Assembly (NCBI GenBank): GCA_021802105.1
Contig: JAKAAW010000001.1
Coordinates: 8,150-72,149, forward strand
Direction: 5' to 3'
DNA: 64,000 bases
Origin: Nanobdellota archaeon
GTDB taxonomy: Archaea; Nanobdellota; Nanobdellia; Parvarchaeales; Parvarchaeaceae
The stretch's first letter is position 1. Each line of letters opens with the position of its first letter. The position numbers and the translations under genes are program-made. The notes under the pieces were generated by a model, which made no database searches, was not told the origin of the DNA, and saw only the letters and a program-made list of their open reading frames with translations. Positions 56,726 to 64,000 of this stretch are shown here, one piece after another.

Positions 56726-57259
56726 TTAGAGCTTCTTATTTATTGAAGATAACAGTACTTTTATGGCAGTTTCTATCTCTGATATGTTTTTTGCCCCTGT
56801 GCACACTATCTTTCCAGTCCCGAATAACAGGAAAGTTATCTTTGAATTCCTCAGTTTGTATACTAGCCCAGGGAACTGTTCAGGGTTATACTCCGTTTCT
56901 TCGATTCCATATGCTATCTTGTTGAGATCGAGAGGCCTATTTAGATTGCCGCTAGCCACAATGTTCTGAATGTCCACCCTCCAAGTGCTCTTAACATTTA
57001 CACCTATCTTTCTAAGGTCTTTTAGAAGTTTTGACATCGCATTCATTATATCATCTTTTGAACGGCCTCCTGTGCAAACAAGCTTACCGCTCCCGAATAT
57101 CAGGAAAGTTACATGAATATCTGGCAGTCTGAAAACTAACCCAGGAAATTGATCAGGATTGTATTGCGTGTTTGGCAGCTTGTTAAGCTTTTTTAGAGGA
57201 ATCTGCGTCTTAAGTGAGATGCTCGCGACTATATTTTCGACTTTATAAATCTTTGCCAT
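56726..57259 (-). CDS. tbp: TATA-box binding protein
   Basis: Two repeats of NIVAS...YNP.QFPGLV...L.FG.GK.VCTG. Confidence 0.97.
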   Translation of the reverse strand: MAKIYKVENIVASISLKTQIPLKKLNKLPNTQYNPDQFPGLVFRLPDIHVTFLIFGSGKLVCTGGRSKDDIMNAMSKLLKDLRKIGVNVKSTWRVDIQNIVASGNLNRPLDLNKIAYGIEETEYNPEQFPGLVYKLRNSKITFLLFGTGKIVCTGAKNISEIETAIKVLLSSINKKL

Positions 57260-57320
57260 ATATAAACTTATTCTCCGCGTATTTAAATACAGTTTTTAGT
57301 AGCGCCTACTATATATATGC

Positions 57321-60300
57321 TTATCTAAACACAGAAACTACAAGGTTGTCTTTGTCTACAGATAAGTTCTCTATCTTGAGCAGTTTGCCTTCCTTTTGGA
57401 GTGTCGCGTTCGTTTTTCCTGCCACATAATTTAGCACTTCACTGACTAGAACTGATCTGATATCCCCATCTATGCTAAGGGTTATACGTATTATGTCCTC
57501 TCTATTCATCCCAAATTCCTTCCTTATCGACTGCACCGTTCTCACTACCTCTCTCTTTATCCATAATACCCTTACTTCTTCGTTCAGTGCTTTGTCCAGG
57601 ACTATTTTTCTACTTTGGCCATCAAAAACACTAATGTCGGCAGTTTTTGGTATGAGTTTTATATCATCATCTGTTAGCTCATAAGTTTTAGAGTCTATCA
57701 GGACATCCATCTTTTTGCCTAGATGCCTTATTACCATTCCTTTTGTAAGTTCTATAAATTTAGCAGTTATACCCGTAACTTGCTCCTGTGAGTATCTTTT
57801 CTTGAGAGAGTCAAAGTTCAACGATATCTCAAAATCAGATTCATTCAATTCATATCTTACGTGGAGAGCGTTGGTCAGCATTTTAAGTATGTCCTCCAAT
57901 ATCTGGTCACCGGAAACGCCCGGCAGAAGTATAGAATTAAGTGGTCTTCTCAGAGGAGTCTTTATCTTCTCCCTAGCTGCCAGCACATCCTGCACTACAG
58001 AAAGGGTAAAACTCATTCTATTCTCTATGATAGGATCTATCAGTGACTCTTCAACCGCAGGAAATTTCGAAAGTAGCACGCTGCCTTTTTCTCCGAGAGC
58101 TTTGTGGGTATACTCTGATATATACGGCACGAATATTGACATTATAGATGACGACTCTTTAAGCACCAACGAAAATACGTAAAACGCCGCAGCGTCCTCC
58201 TCGTCGAATATCCTAGGTTTAGCTAGTTTCATATAAGTCCTGCTGAAATCGTTTACCACGAAGTCCACCAGGCTATTTATGGCGTGGTCAGGCCTGAATT
58301 TTTCCATTTCTTCGTCTACGGTTTTCTTTGTCTCGTTCCATTTCGAGAGTATCCACCTGTCTTCCATATCGAAATGCTTCTCCGACTTTTTGCTTTCGAA
58401 ACCTTTGTTGACTGATGTGTACAGATTTCTTAAGTTGTATATTATGTTTATGACCTTTTTAGCGTCAGACAGGTCGTTTGTCGAGAAAACAACTATGTCC
58501 TCCAGTCCGTGTTTGAGCAGTGCCAACCTCAGGGCATCTCTCCCATACCCTTCTTTTTGCAGTTCCAATAAAGATTTATAATTGCCTTCGCTCTTCGAAA
58601 GTTTCCTGCCGTCATCTCCGATGACGAACTTGTGCATAACAGCGTTTTTAAACGACAATTTTGATGTAGCCAGGTATCCCATTACCAAAGATGAATAGAA
58701 CCATCCTCGAACCTGGTCATTTCCCTCGCATATGAAATCTGCTGGGAACCACTTTTCATAGTCCTTCTTCTTGGCAGGATAGCCAAGATCCGCAAAGGAT
58801 GCCGACCCAGAATCCAACCACACGTCTACAACATGGGTAACCCTCTTCATGGGTTCGCTGCACTTGGGGCACTTTATAGTTACACTGTCCAAATCATTCT
58901 TGTGCAGGCTCTTTATGCTTTTCTCCCCGCTGAGTGAAAGAAGTTCCTTTTTGCTTCCGACTACTGCCTTGCCATCGCATTTGGAACACTCCCAGACTGG
59001 TAAAGGTGTGTTCCAGTATCTTTGTCTGGATATCACCCAGTCCTGGGCGTTTGACAGCCATGTCTCAAACATATCCATGGACAAAGGCGGTATCCAGGTT
59101 ATACTCTTAGATATCTCTATAAGTCTTCCTTTTATTTTCTTTACGTTCATGAACCACTGGTCACTGGCTCTTTGTACTAGTGGCGTCTTGCATCTCCAGC
59201 AATGCGGATACTTGTGTAGTACCTTTTTAACGGCGAGTACAGCACCCTGTTCCTGCAGGGTTTTTATTATAATTTCATTTGCCTTTAGTACGCTCTCGCC
59301 TTCGAGCCATCCAGCTTTGTACGTGAACTTTCCCTCATCATCAACTGGAGATAACATAGGCAAGTCATTGTCGAGACCTATCTTGTAATCAGATTCTCCG
59401 TGTCCAGGGGCACTGTGCACCAATCCAGTACCTGCATCAGATTCGACGAATGGAGTACCTTCCTCTGATACGAAATCAGATCCGTCTATGACCTTTCCTA
59501 TCCGTTCTGCGTTCTCTTTGATCTGTGGGATGTCAGGAAATAATGGCCTGTACCTGAGACCTATAAGCTCACTGCCGCTATATTCCCTTTTGACAGCGTA
59601 TTTAATCCCTAGTTCGTCGAGAACGCTCAGTCTGTCCTTTGCAATTATTGCAGTCTTCCCATCAATTTCTGCGTCTACATAGATAAAATCGCTGTTAACA
59701 GCTATGGCCGCGTTTGAAGGCAGCGTCCAAGGTGTCGTTGTCCATACTATGAGGTATCTGTCATCATCTGCTTTGAAAAGAACATATAAGGAGGGATCTT
59801 CTTTGTCGTAGTATTTATCGCGTACCTCATAGTTAGACATCGGCGTTCCGCAGCGCACGCAGAACCACGTCGTTTTGAATCCTTTGTAAAGAAGACCCAT
59901 ACCGTCCGCGTTCTTTAGAGCTGCCCAAACAGCCTCTATGTATTTGTCTTCGTATGTCTTGTATGGCTTGTTATTGTACCATAATAGCCCGTAATCCAGC
60001 ATTATAGAAGTGTTTAGTCTTATGTATTCCTCTGCGAATTTCTTGCACTCGTTTATGAATCTCTCCTCTCCATACTCTTTTATCTCTTTCTTGTTCTTTA
60101 TTCCTAGCCGCTTCTCCACTGCCACTTCAATAGGTAGACCCTGCGTATCCCATCCTGGCTGCATCCTAACATCAAATCCCTTCATCTGTTTGTAGCGGAT
60201 GATGGAATCCTTCATGAATATTCCAAGCATGGTGCCCGGGTGTACTTCATTTGTTACAAAAGGCGGTCCGTCAAGGAAATAGAACTTAGGTTTACCCTCA

Positions 60301-60392
60301 GAAGTCTTTTTTATCCTCTCAAAAACTTTCTTTTTCTTCCAATCTAAGTTGATAATTTTTTCTTCATCTACACCATTATAAAAATCAGCCAT
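57321..60392 (-). CDS. ileS: Isoleucyl-tRNA synthetase
   Basis: FLDGPP, GWDTQGLPIE, WTTTPWTLP, GTGLVH.APGHG, ISRQRYW, DQ.RGWF, KLSKS; ATG at 60392. Confidence 0.96.
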   Translation of the reverse strand: MADFYNGVDEEKIINLDWKKKKVFERIKKTSEGKPKFYFLDGPPFVTNEVHPGTMLGIFMKDSIIRYKQMKGFDVRMQPGWDTQGLPIEVAVEKRLGIKNKKEIKEYGEERFINECKKFAEEYIRLNTSIMLDYGLLWYNNKPYKTYEDKYIEAVWAALKNADGMGLLYKGFKTTWFCVRCGTPMSNYEVRDKYYDKEDPSLYVLFKADDDRYLIVWTTTPWTLPSNAAIAVNSDFIYVDAEIDGKTAIIAKDRLSVLDELGIKYAVKREYSGSELIGLRYRPLFPDIPQIKENAERIGKVIDGSDFVSEEGTPFVESDAGTGLVHSAPGHGESDYKIGLDNDLPMLSPVDDEGKFTYKAGWLEGESVLKANEIIIKTLQEQGAVLAVKKVLHKYPHCWRCKTPLVQRASDQWFMNVKKIKGRLIEISKSITWIPPLSMDMFETWLSNAQDWVISRQRYWNTPLPVWECSKCDGKAVVGSKKELLSLSGEKSIKSLHKNDLDSVTIKCPKCSEPMKRVTHVVDVWLDSGSASFADLGYPAKKKDYEKWFPADFICEGNDQVRGWFYSSLVMGYLATSKLSFKNAVMHKFVIGDDGRKLSKSEGNYKSLLELQKEGYGRDALRLALLKHGLEDIVVFSTNDLSDAKKVINIIYNLRNLYTSVNKGFESKKSEKHFDMEDRWILSKWNETKKTVDEEMEKFRPDHAINSLVDFVVNDFSRTYMKLAKPRIFDEEDAAAFYVFSLVLKESSSIMSIFVPYISEYTHKALGEKGSVLLSKFPAVEESLIDPIIENRMSFTLSVVQDVLAAREKIKTPLRRPLNSILLPGVSGDQILEDILKMLTNALHVRYELNESDFEISLNFDSLKKRYSQEQVTGITAKFIELTKGMVIRHLGKKMDVLIDSKTYELTDDDIKLIPKTADISVFDGQSRKIVLDKALNEEVRVLWIKREVVRTVQSIRKEFGMNREDIIRITLSIDGDIRSVLVSEVLNYVAGKTNATLQKEGKLLKIENLSVDKDNLVVSVFR

Positions 60393-60488
60393 AACCAATA
60401 AGCTATACAAGATAATTTAACTCTTTCTACTGCATGTAGACCTATCCAGCTTCCAAATAGTCAATGGTTTGACTGATATAACAGTTTA

Positions 60489-63080
60489 TTAATTATGCGC
60501 TATCCAGAACTTTTCTTTGTCTATAACCGCGAGGTATACCTTTGATAACTCGTTCTTTGCTTCATCGTTTTTAGGCACTCCTATACCAAAATCCTTTGAT
60601 TGTATAACTATAGTCTTTCCATCATGCGGCAAGGATAATAGTTCTTTTATAAGCTGGCCTGCGTTTTCTAAAGATGTCTTTATAACTATCTTGCTCTCTT
60701 TTGCCCCCTTTATATCAGAAATGACTCTTGCAGATTCAGAATTTTCATAAGCCTCTTTGTAGTGCTTAGCTTCTAGGAAAAATCTCTTTGCAGTGTTATA
60801 TACCTCGGTAGTATTGACCCCCCACATCGCCGAGATGTCCTTTAACTGCTTATCTAGAACTTCTATATATCTCATAGCCGCTTTGTAAGCCACATAATTC
60901 AGCCTCACTATGCCGTCCTGTATGCGTTCAGTTTTTGTTATTTTTATCAATCCAACTTCACCTGTCCTGTTACAGTGAAGCCCTCCACACGCTTCTACAT
61001 CATATCCGTCTATGCTTACAACGCGTATCTCTGCGCTTGGTATAGCGCCTCCCTGATAAATCTCCATTCCATACCTCTTCTCTGCTTCTGTCCTGCCCAT
61101 CTTTTTCGCTTTTATGGTGAGATCTTTGGCGACCACATCATTTGCCATGGATTCGATTTCTATAACTTGTAAATCGGTGAGTTTATCGAAGTATGTTATA
61201 TCAAGGTGTGCCTTGTCAACGTCTTTTTCCGCTCCGTTCTGGTAAACGAATTTGCCTAAAATTCTTCTAGCAGCCTGATTTATTATGTGAGTAGCAGTAT
61301 GGTGCTTTTTTAGAAGCTCTCTTCTCTCAGCGTCAACCTCAAGGGAGACTAACTCTCCTGCATCTTTCTTAAGCGGCTTTTCCAGAGTATGTATTATAAC
61401 CCCTTCTGTTATTCTTACGTCTATAACTTTTATATCGTCTATGTTGCCCCCATCCGGCTTTTGTCCACCCATCTCAGGGTAGAATATTGTCTTATCCAGT
61501 ACTATCTTGTTGCCATCTATCTTCTTTACTATCTTTGATCTGATTTTAAGCAGGTCCTCTCTATAAAAAAGTTTCTCCGTCGGTTTAAGTCTGCTGAGAT
61601 CGTATGTCTTTGCAGCCTCCCTGTTTTCTTTTCTTTTATTTGCGTTGCTGTAAATTCTTTCCGGAAGGTCCACTCTCTTGCCTTCTCTATCTGCTATGTA
61701 CTTTATATCTTCAGGAGTTATACCCTTTGATTCATACAACTCTGACATTACCTCACTGCTTATTCTCCTCTTATCTATCAGCCCTAAGATTGTCTTTGCA
61801 TTCCTGCTCTTGAACTCAGCGTATCTGTCCTTTTCTTTGTTTATTATCGAAGATATATCGAAATCATTCAGCTCTTTGAACCATGAACCGAACTCTTTTT
61901 TATGCTCTTCTATCACGTCGTTCAGATCCAGATCCCAGCCTTTAGATTCTATGAAGTTAAGGCACCTTCTGAGTATGTTTCTTAGGTTATATCCCCCCCC
62001 TACGTTGCTCGGAAGTACTCCATCGTGCACGCTCACAAGAAGTGTCCTTGTGTGGTCTGCTATAGAATAAACAGCCTGCATATCTGTCAGTATCTTTGTC
62101 AATTCCCTTGTGTCAAGTCCGCTTTTTTCGGACAGGATCTTTACGGCTTCATCAAATGGGGTGTTCTCATAGTCTATCTTTCCTGCAAACTTATAGACCT
62201 TCCTTAGGACATCATCGCTGTAATTAACCCCTGTTTTTCTTTTTATGAAATCTATAACCTTTGGGAATACCGCTTCGTACACCGTTGGGGTCCCCATACT
62301 AACCCACGCCCATCTTTCCAGGCCGGCGCCCATATCTATCGTTTTCGTGTCCATATCCTCCAGTCCTTTTGAAGTGATGGAGTAACGCATGTAAACTTGG
62401 TTTCCTAGTTCTAGCCCACCAGCAAAGAACTCTAGGCAGCTTCCGGCGTACCCCGCTCCCGCCCATGAGTCTTCCACGAAAGTGAGTTTATTTGTGTCTA
62501 TCTTAAGCCCGTCTTTTAGCCAGCGATATATATATTTTATAGCCTCCTTATCGAAGTAAGTCTTCTTCTTTTTAGAATTGAACGCCGCCTCCTCTGCCAT
62601 TATGAAACTGGTTAAGTGCCTGCCCGTCAGACCTACGTTCCCTACGTCGTTGAATCTCAAGCATATCTGTGGTACTACAAGAGGATTTGCTGGCGGTTCG
62701 GCCATGCCGTTTATAACATAAGGTGCAAAATCGTCTATTGCAGCCTCCACAAAGTATATATCATCTCTCCATCTAGCTGCAACGGGATATCTCTTTATCT
62801 CTTTATGTCCAAAGTCCCTGAACATGGCGGAGAACCTATCCCACATAATCCTGTATGGCACCTTCATAGGCGTCAATCTCTCATCAAGAAACGTGTAATC
62901 TCCGATGCAGTCCACATCACCGCACGTGTCTATATCAACAGTACTCCAGAAATGTTTACCGCACACACGGCAAACATGCCTTGAGAACCCCAACTCTTTC
63001 AGTGATTTTGCAGGTATTAAAGAGCCAGGATCTTTCTCTATCCGTTTGTGTATTGTTTTTTCTACCTCAGCTTTCTCCAT
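60489..63080 (-). CDS. alaS: Alanyl-tRNA synthetase, archaeal type
   Basis: YPVAARWRDD, C.RF.D..NVG.TGRH, IDMGAGLER, IADH.RT, HTATH, ACGGLH. Confidence 0.96.
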   Translation of the reverse strand: MEKAEVEKTIHKRIEKDPGSLIPAKSLKELGFSRHVCRVCGKHFWSTVDIDTCGDVDCIGDYTFLDERLTPMKVPYRIMWDRFSAMFRDFGHKEIKRYPVAARWRDDIYFVEAAIDDFAPYVINGMAEPPANPLVVPQICLRFNDVGNVGLTGRHLTSFIMAEEAAFNSKKKKTYFDKEAIKYIYRWLKDGLKIDTNKLTFVEDSWAGAGYAGSCLEFFAGGLELGNQVYMRYSITSKGLEDMDTKTIDMGAGLERWAWVSMGTPTVYEAVFPKVIDFIKRKTGVNYSDDVLRKVYKFAGKIDYENTPFDEAVKILSEKSGLDTRELTKILTDMQAVYSIADHTRTLLVSVHDGVLPSNVGGGYNLRNILRRCLNFIESKGWDLDLNDVIEEHKKEFGSWFKELNDFDISSIINKEKDRYAEFKSRNAKTILGLIDKRRISSEVMSELYESKGITPEDIKYIADREGKRVDLPERIYSNANKRKENREAAKTYDLSRLKPTEKLFYREDLLKIRSKIVKKIDGNKIVLDKTIFYPEMGGQKPDGGNIDDIKVIDVRITEGVIIHTLEKPLKKDAGELVSLEVDAERRELLKKHHTATHIINQAARRILGKFVYQNGAEKDVDKAHLDITYFDKLTDLQVIEIESMANDVVAKDLTIKAKKMGRTEAEKRYGMEIYQGGAIPSAEIRVVSIDGYDVEACGGLHCNRTGEVGLIKITKTERIQDGIVRLNYVAYKAAMRYIEVLDKQLKDISAMWGVNTTEVYNTAKRFFLEAKHYKEAYENSESARVISDIKGAKESKIVIKTSLENAGQLIKELLSLPHDGKTIVIQSKDFGIGVPKNDEAKNELSKVYLAVIDKEKFWIAHN

Positions 63081-63153
63081 AACCCACTTTATATTGGTGC
63101 ATTTTTATACATAAAACACTTATTTATGCACTTATTATCATAGATTATTCTGT

Positions 63154-63227
63154 GGCCGCAGTAGTTTAACTAGGTAGAATATTGGGTTGTGGTCCCATCG
63201 ATCCGAGTTCAAATCTCGGCTGCGGCC
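63154..63227 (+). tRNA. tRNA-His(GTG), G-1 encoded, no intron, CCA not encoded
   Basis: Acceptor GCCGCAG/CTGCGGC, discriminator C, anticodon loop TTGTGGT, T-arm CCGAG-TTCAAAT-CTCGG, followed by a T-run. Confidence 0.95.
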
Positions 63228-63233
63228 TTTTTT

Positions 63234-63743
63234 TTACTCAGAAGGTTCCCAATTTACAGCACAAGCTTTGCCCGTCTGAAGTCCTTTCAAGGCCCGGTAA
63301 GTCTCATCCGTGCTCCTACCTAAATAGTTGTCAGTGACAAGGAAATATTTCATAACATTGTCTGGATCTAGAATTACCAAGCTTCTCCTGATCTTCCCTT
63401 TCTCATCATCAAAGACGTCGAATAGCTTTGCTATTTCTCCATTAATATCAGACATCAGACTTAACCTTAGAGGTGTGAGCGCTCTATTTTTATTTACCAG
63501 CTTTTCGTGATTCTCTATATTATCGGCACTTATACCTATTATCTCTGCATCAGCGTTCGTGAACCTTTCGTATTCGCCGTTAAACTGCGCTATTTCAGTA
63601 GGACAGACCTCCGAGAAATCAGCTACATAAAAGAGAAGTATCTTCCATTTTCCAGAAAACTGAGAAATGTCTAGCCTTCTCCTACCTTCTGATGTATATG
63701 CCTCTCCTGAGAAAGAAGGGGCTTTATTTCCTATGGTTATCAT
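63234..63743 (-). CDS. Peroxiredoxin (AhpC/Prx1-like)
   Basis: FY.ADFS.VCPTE, R...I.DP, GRS.DE.R, ACAVNW. Confidence 0.9.
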   Translation of the reverse strand: MITIGNKAPSFSGEAYTSEGRRRLDISQFSGKWKILLFYVADFSEVCPTEIAQFNGEYERFTNADAEIIGISADNIENHEKLVNKNRALTPLRLSLMSDINGEIAKLFDVFDDEKGKIRRSLVILDPDNVMKYFLVTDNYLGRSTDETYRALKGLQTGKACAVNWEPSE

Positions 63744-63763
63744 AACTTCGTTGTACACTACCC

Positions 63764-64000
63764 TGACAGTCCCCCACTAATAAATTGGTAGGGTTCTTCT
63801 GATTTGATATCGCAGAGCGTCCTTGCGTTGCATCTTTAGAGATATCAGCGTCCCTTTGCACGAATCTCGGTCTGCATGCAATCGGAGTATACTCTTTTTC
63901 TCCTTCTTTAAACGGAAGGCGATAGCATTCTCCACTATGAATTTTGTGTCATGGCGACACCAGCCTGTCATACCTTGCACTTGACCTCAGATACTCCCTC
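63764..64000 (-). mobile_element. Probable right end / omega-RNA region of a third IS200/IS605-family element (cut by window edge)
   Basis: Minus strand AAGAACCCTACCAATTTATTAGTGGGGGACTGTCA resembles the hairpin + GGAGGATGTCA right ends of copies 1 and 2; several upstream hairpins. Confidence 0.5.

Noticed and set aside
60225-60250. IleRS HIGH motif reading HPGT
   Set aside because: HxGT variants occur in archaeal IleRS and all other motifs are intact
63777-63980. 67-aa CDS from the ORF track
   Set aside because: No recognisable family and it overlaps the hairpin-rich IS-like end
1-64000. CRISPR array, cas genes, prophage or integrase
   Set aside because: No regularly spaced short repeats or recognisable cas, capsid or integrase genes seen
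63764-64000. RNase P RNA or SRP RNA
   Set aside because: Only fragmentary resemblance (GTGCAAGG, GAATGC); no clear P4 strand or SRP helix 8 motif, and the 3' end fits an IS605 right end better

Overview
Gene-dense 64 kb stretch of an archaeal chromosome (TBP, RadA, FEN1, Hjc, Rpo12, archaeal ribosomal proteins, Dph5). The unlinked and very divergent 23S rRNA, DPANN-type pilin signal peptides, DnaK/J/GrpE, sedolisin and thermopsin-type repeats, and EMP plus TCA genes suggest a small-genome acidophilic DPANN archaeon, most likely Parvarchaeota/ARMAN-like. That assignment is an inference, not a search result. The window holds about 60 CDS, one stand-alone 23S rRNA, one tRNA-His, and two (probably three) internally deleted IS200/IS605 tnpB-type elements. 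It also holds a type IV pilus-like system scattered over four loci, including a 1386-aa modular adhesin, a pfkB-fba-glk-tpi operon, sucCD, and an Sdh with a mycobacterial Sdh1-like anchor. The strongest signal is in the 23S rRNA. About a dozen normally near-invariant peptidyl-transferase-centre nucleotides are changed, several as compensatory pairs, while A2451, U2506, U2585 and A2602 are kept, which looks like a naturally rewired ribosomal active site. No CRISPR array, DGR, intein or prophage was seen. All rRNA numbering is from by-eye alignment to remembered E. coli and haloarchaeal sequences.
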